From: Magnetococcales bacterium
Lineage (GTDB): Bacteria; Pseudomonadota; Magnetococcia; Magnetococcales; Magnetaquicoccaceae
Direction: 5' to 3'
DNA length: 64,000 nucleotides
NCBI GenBank assembly: GCA_015232245.1
Contig: JADGAB010000001.1
Location: 1,388 to 65,387, forward strand
Shown: positions 41,801-49,144 of the stretch, one piece after another
How positions within the stretch are numbered: position 1 is the first letter of the stretch
Layout of the letters: the number at the start of each line of letters is the position of its first letter
Notes under the pieces: model-generated
Told to the model about the DNA's origin: nothing
The model's input: the letters and a program-made list of their open reading frames with translations, nothing else
Database searches by the model: none
Program-made: the position numbers and the translations under genes

Positions 41801-44800
41801 CCGTGGGCGCGAGGCCATCCACCTTGGCGTTTGTGTTGTTCACCAGGGCATAGGTGAGGGTGGCGTCATCCACCGTGCCGCTGGCATCCCGAACGGTGGC
41901 CGAGGAGATGGTGATGCCGTTGGCGGTGGCATCCACGCCGTTGGTGTCGGTGTCCGTGCTCTGCACCGTGTAATTGAAAACCAATGATGTGCCGCCGCTG
42001 CCGCTGGCATAGGTGGCGGTACGGGTGACGCCGCCCACATCGAGCGCCAGGGTGGGGGTGCCGGTGACGTTCACCGCCTGATCGAAACTGGCGGTGACGC
42101 CGATGGTGTCCCCTGCCTTGTAGGTGGTGTTGCCGTTGCGGGTGCCGTTGGCAATGGCAACGCCGGAGATGTCCGCCACCGAATTGACCGCGATGGTCCG
42201 GGTGTCGGTGGCGATGGTGTTGCCACTGTCGGCCAGCGTGATCGTGACCGTGCGGTTGGTGGTGCCGGGAGTCTCCGAGGTGCTGCGATAGGCGATGGCG
42301 CGTACCGCATCCTGGACAATGCTGTCCGTGGCGTTGCCGTTGAAGGTGATGGTCAGAAGCGCCCCATTGGTCACCACCCCGTCGTTGGCTGTGCCGCTGT
42401 TCTCGGAGATGGTCCCGACCGAGGTGCCGCTGTAGCGCAAATCGCTGCCGACCAGCGTGAAATTGCCGGATGTGAGGATGCTCAACTCATCGGCGGCCTC
42501 GTTGTTGGTGGTGATCTGGGCCTTGAGGGTGCCGCCGTTCCAGTCGGAATCCGCATCCACATCGTTGGCTGTGGCCGCCGCATCGATGGCTGTGGCCGTG
42601 GCGTTTTCCGTATAGGTCAGGGTGGTGTCGCTGATGGAGAGGGTCGGGGTGTCGTTGACCGCAGCAAAGTTGACCGAAAACTGGGTCGAACCGGTGGAAT
42701 AGGCCGTGGACCCCCCGTTTGCGGAGGCGTTGCCGGTCTGGACCGTGTTGAAGGTCGAGGCGGTGCCGCTGGTCTGGTCCCATCTTTGGAAGGTGAAGTC
42801 CGCGGTGCCATACCAGTCGGCGGTGGGCACGAAACGGACGTAGGACGAACTGCCCAGCAGCAGGGCGGAATTGCCGGAAACCGTGCCAAAGGCGGTCCAG
42901 TTGCTGTCATCGGTGGAGAACTGCCATGTTCCCGTGCCTGTGGTGGTGGTCACTGCCAAGCCGCTTGAGGCTCCGGCGTCCACATCCCCGGTGGTGAGGG
43001 CGGGCAGAATGGCGGTGGAAATCTGTCGGCTGGCGCTGGTCAGATCCTCGGCGGTATTCAAGGTGTACGGCCCCCCGGAGAGGGTGGGGGCGTCGTTGAC
43101 CGCATTGACCGTGATGGTGAAGGTCTGGGAGGCGCTGGTATCCGCGCCAAAACCGAGATTGGTGCCGCCGTCGTCATGGATCCGCACGGTCACTGTGGCC
43201 GACCCGTTGGCATCGGCGGCGGGAGTGTAGGTGAGGTTGCCTGTGGCGTCGATGGCCGGTTGGGCGGAAAAGAGGCCGTTGTTGTCGTTGGAAACCAGGA
43301 AATCCAAGGCTTGGCCGTTTTCATCCGCCGGTCCCTTGCTCAAGGCTGTGGCCCAGGTGTTGACGGTCTGGGCTCCGGCGTCTTCGTTGACGGTCTGGTC
43401 GCCACCCTTGGTGAAGGATGGGGCGTCGTTGAGAGCGGTGACGGTCACATTCAACGTGTCGTCATCGGTGCCGGCGTTGCCGTCATCGGTCTGCAGACGG
43501 ATGGTGGCTGTGCCGTTGAAATCCCCGGTCGGCGTGAAGGTGAGCGCCCCAAGGGCGGTGTTGACCGCGCTCAACGTGCCGGAGAAGACCAGCGACGCAT
43601 CGTTGCTGCCATCCCCGGTGGTGAAATTCAAACCGGTCGTGCCCACGGAGACCGTGCCGTTGGTCACGGTCAGGGTGACGGTCTGATTGTCGTTGTTGGC
43701 GTCCGCAATGGAAATGCCGGTGATGGCGTTGCCCGAGGTGTCCTCCCGGAACGAAGGAGTGGAGGGAAGGGTGTTGACTGGCGCGCTGGCGACCGGTGTC
43801 GTGGTGTAGCTGAACCAGGTGAAGGCGATATCATCCGTGTAGGAGGTGGCGCCCGGTGTGAAGCGTACCTGAAAGGAGGAGAGCGGATCGTTGAAGCCGC
43901 TGCCCAGATCGGTGGTGGTGAGGGTCGTGGTATCGACCGTGGTGGCGCTGTTGGCCACGACATTGGAGGTGACGGTGCCCCCGGCGGCCAGTGTCCCCAC
44001 TACAGTGACATTGGCGTAGACGCTGCCATGGAAGCCATGCTGGAACTCGGTCAAGCGCACTCCGGTCAGGGTGAAACTGCTGGTGGAGGCGACCTGCCAG
44101 TAATAGACCGTGGCGTCATCGCCAATGATCGCAGAATCGAAATAGGCCCCATCGGAATACGGGGTGAGGTCGAGGGATCCACCGCCGACAACTCCGCCGG
44201 AAACCGTGAACGTGCTGTCACTCAGCGTCGCGCCGTTATCCGTGTAACTGGCCAGGCTGCCGTAATCGACCAGCGTGTTGCGGTAGGAGGCGATCCCCTC
44301 GGAGGTGATGAATACCGGAGTATCGATGTGTCCCGATGCGACCTCCAGATGCCAATCCCCCTTCAGGGCAGCCGGACCGGTGGCATTGTCGCTGGCCGCC
44401 ACGTCCGCGCCGGTGCGTTCCGCCAGGGTCTGAATGAATGTCTGACCATCCGCTCCCTTGGCCACATCACAGCCATAGATGAGCAGATCCCCGTCACTGT
44501 TCAAGGCCTGACCGATCCGTGCCAGTTCCGTCCGGATGCTCGGATCAGACAGAGTGGCCGTGGTCACCATGTCGTTGCCCACATGCAGACTCGCCTCGGA
44601 ACCGTGGGAGACCAGATGAATGGCATCATACCCGCCATGGGTTTGCGCCCATTGGGCCATTTGGCTCAGGCCGCTCACCCCGCTTTGCAGCAACTCCACC
44701 CCGACTCCGGGTCGGACGCTCTCTGCAAGCTTTTGATAATCGCTTGCCGAGGTGTCGATGAACACCACCTCTTTTTTGCCATTGTCCAGGGAGGGATCCA

Positions 44801-45053
44801 CGTCCCTGACATGCACAGGAAGCGCCGCCGCTGGAATCGGCTGGATGACAGTTGCATCGGTGGGAGAGTCCGCGTCATGGGAATCCGTTCCTGCCAGAAG
44901 GGCCCCATCGAACATGGCTCGGGGTTCCAATGCCTCCATGCGCAGACGGGAACCCCATGATCGATGCGTGTCCGGCTGGATTGACCGGGGAGCAAGAAAC
45001 GCCTGGTACAGTCGTTTCAGCAACGCTTTGTGGGTAGGCTGTATTGGATCCAT
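32832..45053 (-). CDS. Giant (~4070 aa) surface adhesin: LEPR-xLL-type N-terminal motif, DUF4347, cadherin/Ig-like repeats, C-terminal He_PIG-like domain
   Basis: LRMEALEPRAMFDG; DUF4347 (EVVFID, AIHLVSHG, LLIYGCDVA, TGADVAAS..TG...GDW.LE); VNDAP/NEDA linkers; LPPWLKFN...FEGTP; no Sec signal. Confidence 0.92.
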   Translation of the reverse strand: MDPIQPTHKALLKRLYQAFLAPRSIQPDTHRSWGSRLRMEALEPRAMFDGALLAGTDSHDADSPTDATVIQPIPAAALPVHVRDVDPSLDNGKKEVVFIDTSASDYQKLAESVRPGVGVELLQSGVSGLSQMAQWAQTHGGYDAIHLVSHGSEASLHVGNDMVTTATLSDPSIRTELARIGQALNSDGDLLIYGCDVAKGADGQTFIQTLAERTGADVAASDNATGPAALKGDWHLEVASGHIDTPVFITSEGIASYRNTLVDYGSLASYTDNGATLSDSTFTVSGGVVGGGSLDLTPYSDGAYFDSAIIGDDATVYYWQVASTSSFTLTGVRLTEFQHGFHGSVYANVTVVGTLAAGGTVTSNVVANSATTVDTTTLTTTDLGSGFNDPLSSFQVRFTPGATSYTDDIAFTWFSYTTTPVASAPVNTLPSTPSFREDTSGNAITGISIADANNDNQTVTLTVTNGTVSVGTTGLNFTTGDGSNDASLVFSGTLSAVNTALGALTFTPTGDFNGTATIRLQTDDGNAGTDDDTLNVTVTALNDAPSFTKGGDQTVNEDAGAQTVNTWATALSKGPADENGQALDFLVSNDNNGLFSAQPAIDATGNLTYTPAADANGSATVTVRIHDDGGTNLGFGADTSASQTFTITVNAVNDAPTLSGGPYTLNTAEDLTSASRQISTAILPALTTGDVDAGASSGLAVTTTTGTGTWQFSTDDSNWTAFGTVSGNSALLLGSSSYVRFVPTADWYGTADFTFQRWDQTSGTASTFNTVQTGNASANGGSTAYSTGSTQFSVNFAAVNDTPTLSISDTTLTYTENATATAIDAAATANDVDADSDWNGGTLKAQITTNNEAADELSILTSGNFTLVGSDLRYSGTSVGTISENSGTANDGVVTNGALLTITFNGNATDSIVQDAVRAIAYRSTSETPGTTNRTVTITLADSGNTIATDTRTIAVNSVADISGVAIANGTRNGNTTYKAGDTIGVTASFDQAVNVTGTPTLALDVGGVTRTATYASGSGGTSLVFNYTVQSTDTDTNGVDATANGITISSATVRDASGTVDDATLTYALVNNTNAKVDGLAPTAATPVRADFSNPTGNSFTFAITYADTGLGIDTTTFDTSDVTVTDPSSNLLTISGVSASGNTVTYTVTPPGGGWSIDDEGTYTIGIAANQVQDLAGNAVTANTSAKSFLTDFNHAPTLSGNASLTAIAEDAATPVGETITNLFASKFADSDTVNAFGGAAITGNSANSATEGQWQYSSDATHWFAIGTVNDSANALAIAAGSKVRFLPVADYNGTPTALTLRALDDTYTAGFSTTSSGETRVTVDTTTTGGSTAIAATARDVTTSVTSVNDAPLFTKGADQTVNEDAGAQSVTGWATGLGKGATDESSQTLSFTVTNDNNALFASQPAIDATGKLTYTSAADANGSATVTVYLSDDGGTTNSGVNQSASQTFTITVSPINDNPVLSIADTTLSYTENAATTAIDAAATASDVDGNADWNGGTLKAQITTNNEAADELSILTSGNFTLVGSDLRYSGTSVGTISENSGTANDGVVTNGALLTITFNGNATDSIVQDAVRAIAYRSTSETPGTTNRTVTITLADSGNTIATDTRTIAVNSVADISGVAIANGTRNGNTTYKAGDTIGVTASFDQAVNVTGTPTLALDVGGVTRTATYASGSGGTSLVFNYTVQSTDTDTNGVDATANGITISSATVRDASGTVDDATLTYALVNNTNAKVDGLAPTAATPVRADLIPPTGTSFTFDVTYADTGGSGLDTASIDTNDVTVTGPDSSTLTVSGVTVSGATATYTVTAPGGSWDLGDSGTYTIGIAASQVKDLAGNAVAANSSAKSFAVFYNTAPSLSGNAALAAIAEDAASNPGETIANLFGNLFTDADNGASFTGVAIVGNTASTTTGKWQYSSDGANWADVGTVSDGTTALAIAAASKVRFLPVADYNGTPSPLSLRALDNTYTSGFSTTASGESRVTVNTTTTGGSTAIAATARDVTTSITSVNDVPVFTKGADQTVNEDAGAQSVTGWATDIGKGATNESAQTLSFTVTNDNIALFSSQPAIDATGKLTYTPAADANGAATVTVKISDDGGTANGGVDQSATQTFTITVKAVNDKPTLTINENTLTYTENSGDILIQPTAIVNNVDGDAYWNGRKMITGIRDTYSNYNYTVDQLLAGDQVGLLSSGNFTIDKDVLLYKNQSIGLFDGHDSRVIYTTFNANATNAIVQELVRSLVFRNTSNTPFALDMDRDDNRTSTHAFVVVFDLGNSDYIRAERRIIINTVADITSVAIANGTRVDNTTYKAGDIISVTASFDQAVNITGTPTLALNVGGVARTATYASGSGSKSLVFTYTAQDTDNDTNGIDATANGITLTNATIQDATGTADNATLTYALVNNANATVDGVGPEPYPQKQIFTNPSGNSFELVVNYQDDNGSGIDTSTFSTNNVRIWGSDPGNPLKVTDFKVNGNNGTKVQVSYTCEAPGGSWDDSDAGFYTAEIQPNLTDLAGNPVSVERSRFDLMVNFTHAPSLQANANLADIAEDTTAPIGETVKNLFEARFVDADEGDTLKGVAIVGNTANSATEGKWQYSSDNGSHWADVGSVDDAFGSLAIAADSRIRFLPTANFNGIPTPLTLLALDSSYNYGFSSTNAEESRAMIPTKNKGGSSAISLEAKELTTSVTAVNDAPTLSINDATLTYTEQSNDFLPIDAAAMINDVDGDNDWNGGTLKVQITSNNDITDFLRLNPINNFTWLTKQDSDNEIQYNSITVGKIIKFNGGTSWFEKNNNQVLMVQFNENATNAIVQEAVRAIGYENASKTPNTADRTVTFTLTDKNGASSSDTRTIAINSVANITGVSIDDGTRNGNTTCKAGDTINITVNFDQAVTVTGIPTLKLKIGTDDRISTYVSGSDSAKLLFNYTVQDSDLDGNGIDVTANGITLTNATIRDASGVIDNAILTYNLTHNSKAKVDGVAPTATVTRDKLAGPTGSSFTFAVTYADTGAGIDTTTFDTSNVTVTDPKSNTLTISGYTVSGNTVTYTATAPGGSWDGDDYGTYTIGIAANQVKDLAGNIVAANATAKSFTVTNPNTAPSWNQADLTEEWNNTYGGVSLPVTMEDTPNPSGATISDLVGRYVLDADQGASLRGVAIYNDAYSLEIRTDNSIGRWQYSSDGNNWSNIGNPGDGCLIVAATSKIRFLPVLNYNENKSPVFLFAIDDTYAGGFSTTGVNGAESRVTVDLGSVKEKNNKRGGQTPYSINYVPVTENIANVNDPGVVTIVNTSSDARGMINARQGDTLTVDKVTDVDGMLSSIKYQWQRDGKEIFLETRASYTLSPDDVGHEVTVKASYEDGQGTDENVTSNASNTILTLSTAKNKLVFTEDTPLFATLNQVVTLKVKVMDQDGVELKDDNYTYQFAYTTDNQYFYLTLSTPVKTWTGQGVLPAGPITIKAFAYDQFQTSITTSATLTMQKDTANPASKLVLLPPLPTVSTGNRFTVQVAATDNNNLVDTSKQGTATLKDDKNILNGPTTAIFINGVATFTDLWTSSPETLTLTASSDGLTSTENTSVAVKKSPTFSYIAFTQSPEYENVSKLFKKQPIVTCYQPNGDVYDYNGYIEVTIRDTSSTNSVLFGTTLIKAVHGVATFTDLSTSLSSKGTLYITAKAGNIAKDSSFFTVYTYDPVAPQLRITNQSSDNFEAAFLASKTPKNSLTSSDEFFNNTPPVGLTFSGKDGITGDAFNSVFTNPPITSISSFSISPLTTTNTYSGSTTITSGTLTTSPLKNSDGGAKASTENVVGVGFIPSDFFDQGLVKTLLVNGVSQETAMSTTTQFTAASDVLNKASTTPDQTLTSLVQKTLNSNQLAAIATITGKSSETKSTSDTKTATTETKTADVAKDTGKSSETTYLKLNKTIPDQTAISGKQFSFTIPQDTFQGEKPTLSIMAGEGKPLPPWLKFNVATGRFEGTPPLGSKNQTIEISVKAQDKNGKEVTTKFKIFLGGKPRTQEKSFAPGQKKTHLHPDHAPGQERAVAKAMGKPAFTAQLRSAGQEGVLAKSLALVKLLTGHNPIT
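39789..40558. repeat. Copy A of a ~770-bp apparently identical direct repeat in the adhesin gene
   Basis: Matches 41778-42547 (offset 1989); identical shadow ORFs at 39851/41840 and 40082/42071. Confidence 0.9.
41778..42547. repeat. Copy B of the ~770-bp direct repeat
   Basis: Matches 39789-40558. Confidence 0.9.
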
Positions 45054-45079
45054 ATAACTCTCTTTAAAGTGTAGATATG

Positions 45080-45103
45080 GATATTTGATATTTATCAAAT
45101 ATC
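45080..45103. promoter_or_regulatory. Palindrome containing a perfect FNR/FixK-type box
   Basis: GATATTTGATA-TT-TATCAAATATC; core TTGAT-ATTT-ATCAA at 45085-45098, ~30 bp upstream of the adhesin ATG. Confidence 0.65.
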
Positions 45104-45462
45104 AGATGTTGATGAAATTTATATTTTATGACGCCTGGATGGTTTGGATTTTTTCAGTATATTGCATCAATAGGCCACCTGGCAAGCGCATTTTTATATA
45201 GTCAGGAATATATGTTCTAAAAAATATCTATATAAATCATCATATTGTATTGGACAGCCAACTGAATAACATGTTTTTGGTGTTTAATTGAGGTGTTTTT
45301 TTATGGTCTGAGTCTTTAGCAAGTAGACACCTGTAAGCAATATCTATAATAATGTTATTAAATTATAAAAATTATCAGGCAGGCAACATCAGAATACAAG
45401 GCGAACAAATACTTCAAGATTTGATGCGCGTTCCGATTTTTGTGAGTGTCGTTCGCATGCGC

Positions 45463-45501
45463 AAAAAAAATGCGGCAGACTCATTGAACGAGTCTGCCGC
45501 A
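45463..45501 (-). terminator. Rho-independent terminator of the DUF4189 gene
   Basis: TGCGGCAGACTC/GAGTCTGCCGCA stem followed by a T-run on the minus strand. Confidence 0.85.
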
Positions 45502-45567
45502 TGGCATCGCAGGATTGCTTTTGACTTGCCGCGGCATGACACCGCAGGCAGGCCATTTTGTATCAAT

Positions 45568-45948
45568 TTACTGATTGCAATCGGAAACGACCACTTTGCA
45601 TTTGGGCGAACCGCATTTTTCCACAGCGATTTTCTCTGCGGCGGCTTTGCTTTTTGCGCTGCCAACGCCACTGTATTTCTTCGTGACCGCATAGGCGCCG
45701 CACTCATTGTACGTGACCACAACCTTGCAGTTTGCTCCTTTGGCTTCCTTGCAATACTTCAAGGCGTTCTTTTTGGCATCCTTCTCACTGTCGCCGCCAC
45801 CGACACCGTAGGCGGGATCTCTCTCGCCAACGGTATCATCGCCGGCAATCGCCCCCCATTTTTCACCCGCGCTTGCCGGAGAAACGATCATGAACGCCAC
45901 AAACAACGCAGAAAAAAACATTGTCCCAGTTGCCAACACACGCTTCAT
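45568..45948 (-). CDS. Secreted DUF4189-family protein
   Basis: Signal peptide; WGAIA; A...AL..C....C......CGA.A...A...C....C pattern. Confidence 0.8.
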   Translation of the reverse strand: MKRVLATGTMFFSALFVAFMIVSPASAGEKWGAIAGDDTVGERDPAYGVGGGDSEKDAKKNALKYCKEAKGANCKVVVTYNECGAYAVTKKYSGVGSAKSKAAAEKIAVEKCGSPKCKVVVSDCNQ

Positions 45949-46170
45949 AGCCACGCTCCATTCCTCAAAAGTTGATAAAACAGACAGTCCATTCGGATTG
46001 ACACTCTTGGCCGACATGTTCCGTCCAGATGTTCATGGATCAACGCCAGAATCTGGATCGGAGGTTCTCCTTTTGAAGCATGTATATGCTGCTTCTCCTG
46101 CGAGAATCAAGGCTTTTTGACCCGGCGGCAGGGAGGTTGTCCGGGTCACATCATGGATGTGACCGGATTT

Positions 46171-48558
46171 TCAAACCTCTCCGTGACCCTCTGCGGTGAT
46201 ATACAGTTGATCCAGATGGGTGAACAGCTCTCGCCGCAGCGTGTCGAACTGATCCATTGACGTCGCCACCTGATCGATTTTCTGATCATTGACCAGCCCA
46301 ACCACGGTTCTGGCCATTTCGTGGACCGACATGTGTACCCGACCCAGTTCCTGATACAGTTCCTGTTGGCCAAAAGTGGCCATTCCTTGGGTGTCATACC
46401 ATTTGCCAAAATCGCACTCGTGGCCGCTGGCCACCTCTTGGGGCCGCAGACGGGCGCGTCCACGAATCACCTGTTCCAGGCGACCCAGCCATTTCATATG
46501 GGCCTGCTTGATGATGCGGACATCAAACGGCGGCTCTCCAACCTCCTTGCCCTGCATGGCCTGACGCAATGCGTCGCTGGTCTCCTTGGTGACCACGGTC
46601 AGTTTTCCGGAATGACGAATGGAGCCGTCCAGGTAATTGATCACTTGTATTGCATTCATCATCATCTTCTGGACTTCCACAGAGGCGGTATAGATCTCGG
46701 TGGAGGAGAACTGCATGTTGTTGGCGCAATTTTGCGCCCGGGCCGCGTGCTGGGCGACGCGCTCGGCGACCGAGGCCACATTGCTGGCCGCGCGGGCGAT
46801 CTCCGTGGTTCCCAGTGCCGCCTCTTCCGCGGCGTTGGCCACTTCGTTGGCGGCCTGTAGCAGTTCGGAGGCGTTGCGGGTGACCTCCTCGGTGGCCTGG
46901 TTGACCTGATCCATGGAGGTGGTGATCTTGTGTACCGACTGGGTTTGCTGGTCCACCGACCGGGCGATGGCCAGATTCATGTCGGCGATGGTCTGGATCA
47001 CTTTCACGATCTGATCCGCCGCATCGGCCACATGACGGGAACGGGTCTGCATTTCATCGATCCGTTCGCCGATGGTCTCGGTGGCATCCGCGGTCTGTTT
47101 GGCCAGCGCCTTGACCTCATTGGCCACCACCGCAAATCCTTTGCCCGCGTCTCCCGCGCTGGCCGCTTCGATGGCCGCGTTGAGCGCCAGCATGTTGGTC
47201 TGTTCGGCGATGGCGTTGATTTCACCGACCACACTGCGGATCTCCTGGGCCGCGCTGCTCAGATCCTGAATGGAACCCACCATCTCCTGGGCCTGATTGT
47301 TGGCCCCTTTGGATTGATCTTCGGCCATCAGACAACGGGTGCGGATATTGTTCTGCTCGTCGGTCACGCTGATCAGGGCGCCGGAAACCGCCTGAACCGA
47401 TTGGCCCACCTCGGCGAGGTTCTGGTTCACCTGGGCGAGATTGGAGCTCATCTCTTCCGCGGCGGCGGCCATGGTCTGAACATTGACGCTGGCCTGCTCC
47501 GATGCGGCGGCAATGGAGGAGACATCCCCGGAAAGTTCCGCAGCCGCCTGGGAGACATCCTCGACGTGCGCCTTGGTGATGTTGATCTCCTGGTTGAGTT
47601 TCTGGCTTTCCGCATCCAGGTGGTCGTTTCTTTCCACCACCTTTTCCGCCAGATCGAAGGTGGCATGGGAATCTTCGGCAAGCGTCCCTTTCAACAAGAG
47701 CTGCTCGTCCACCACGGCCATGATGGTTTCCGACTGCAGGCGAATGGTCCGTACCATCAGTGTCAAGCCGTCGGCCATCTGGTTGATCTTGGCGGCAATG
47801 GAGAAGATCTCGTCATGTTTTTTGGGAAGGGTGATCCGTTTGGTCAGGTTTCCCTGGGCCATCTCTCCGACCAGCTGCAGAATCTGGCCGATCGGCACGG
47901 TAATGCTGCGGGAGATGACATAGGCGAGCAAGAACATCACCAACAAGAATCCGGACATGGCGGCCATGAGACGGATCGATTTCAACCGGAATTCGGCCTC
48001 CACGTCATCCACGTACAGACCGGTACCGATGACCCACTGCCAGGGGGCAAATCCCTTGACGAACGAGATCTTCGGCTGGGGCTTGTCCGAATTTGGTTTT
48101 GGCCAGCGATAATCGACAAACCCGGAGCCGGATTGCTGAACGGTTTTGACAAACTCGATGAACAAAAATTTGCCGGTGGGATCCTTGAAGTTTGACAGAT
48201 CCGTGCCATCCAGTTGCGGCTTGTAGGGATGCATCACCATGTTGGGATGCATATCGTTGATCCAGAAGTACTCCACCTCCCGGTAGCGCAGCGACTTGAC
48301 CACCTGCTTGGCCTGTTGCTGGGCCTGCTCTCGGGTGAGTTCTCCTTTGGACTCCAGGGTCTGATAGTGCTGCAAGACGCTGTAGGCGCTCTCCACCAGC
48401 ACATTGGCCAGCATTTTTTTGTGTTCCAGCAGTTCGTTGTGCTCGATGGCAAGCTGGATCATGCCGCCTGCAAGAATGCCGGCAAAGATGACGATCAGCA
48501 TGATCCAGATGCGTGTTTTGACCCGCATCTGTTGCAACACCTTGAATATTTTATCCAT
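46171..48558 (-). CDS. Methyl-accepting chemotaxis protein (sCache_2, HAMP, MA, C-terminal CZB)
   Basis: EYFWIND...MHP..P.L.G...D..GK; [31 protein letters not shown]; [18 protein letters not shown]. Confidence 0.93.
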   Translation of the reverse strand: MDKIFKVLQQMRVKTRIWIMLIVIFAGILAGGMIQLAIEHNELLEHKKMLANVLVESAYSVLQHYQTLESKGELTREQAQQQAKQVVKSLRYREVEYFWINDMHPNMVMHPYKPQLDGTDLSNFKDPTGKFLFIEFVKTVQQSGSGFVDYRWPKPNSDKPQPKISFVKGFAPWQWVIGTGLYVDDVEAEFRLKSIRLMAAMSGFLLVMFLLAYVISRSITVPIGQILQLVGEMAQGNLTKRITLPKKHDEIFSIAAKINQMADGLTLMVRTIRLQSETIMAVVDEQLLLKGTLAEDSHATFDLAEKVVERNDHLDAESQKLNQEINITKAHVEDVSQAAAELSGDVSSIAAASEQASVNVQTMAAAAEEMSSNLAQVNQNLAEVGQSVQAVSGALISVTDEQNNIRTRCLMAEDQSKGANNQAQEMVGSIQDLSSAAQEIRSVVGEINAIAEQTNMLALNAAIEAASAGDAGKGFAVVANEVKALAKQTADATETIGERIDEMQTRSRHVADAADQIVKVIQTIADMNLAIARSVDQQTQSVHKITTSMDQVNQATEEVTRNASELLQAANEVANAAEEAALGTTEIARAASNVASVAERVAQHAARAQNCANNMQFSSTEIYTASVEVQKMMMNAIQVINYLDGSIRHSGKLTVVTKETSDALRQAMQGKEVGEPPFDVRIIKQAHMKWLGRLEQVIRGRARLRPQEVASGHECDFGKWYDTQGMATFGQQELYQELGRVHMSVHEMARTVVGLVNDQKIDQVATSMDQFDTLRRELFTHLDQLYITAEGHGEV

Positions 48559-48749
48559 TGATTCACCCTTCCCACATCGTGACAGACAGAATCCGTGGTT
48601 TACCATGGGATAAGCAAACTACATACCCGGATACGCCTGTACTGTAAAGGGGTGAACCTGTGAATCGTTCATCCGATTTTGTTCTTTGGGACCGGACCAG
48701 GCAACCGTGCGGGTTGTGCAAAACCAAGCATGCACGGTTGCCCGGGGGA

Positions 48750-48932
48750 TCAGCGACCGATGCGGTCTTTGAGATGGACGTGAAAAGCCGGCCCCGAGGA
48801 GAAAATCGCCACCACCAGTCCGGTCAACACCACCAGCATGCCTGGCACGGCGTGGAACTCCAGGATGTGCATGACCCCTTCGATCAGGATCAGCAGGCCA
48901 AGCATGGCGAGATATTCATAGAGTGTGAACAT
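48750..48932 (-). CDS. Small 60-aa two-TM membrane protein
   Basis: AAAGGGGAAG RBS; MFTLYEYLAMLGLLILIEG... with two hydrophobic helices. Confidence 0.55.
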   Translation of the reverse strand: MFTLYEYLAMLGLLILIEGVMHILEFHAVPGMLVVLTGLVVAIFSSGPAFHVHLKDRIGR

Positions 48933-49144
48933 GATCTCTTCCCCTTTTGTGCTTGTGTGTTGTTGTAAACAGGATCCATCCCTTATGCATGGTCGGGATT
49001 TTGGATGATTATTTTCTAAAATTTCCTGTTTTGCAATATTTTTTTTAGAAAAATACCATTTTAAAGAAACGTATTGCAAAATTTGCAGATTTTGTGAAAA
49101 TTGTTTCTCAATGAGTCTTGACATCTCCAGCAGGAGTGCGCGCC

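Noticed and set aside
39789-42547. 770-bp repeat pair as IS copies or a DGR template/variable pair
   Set aside because: Both copies are in frame within the adhesin; no transposase, terminal inverted repeats, reverse transcriptase or adenine-specific mismatches seen
27190-44960. Many 300-600 aa plus-strand ORFs opposite the secretion operon
   Set aside because: Codon-bias shadows of well-supported minus-strand genes
46118-46166. Overlapping hairpins downstream of the Cache MCP
   Set aside because: No U-tract in the transcribed direction; function unsupported
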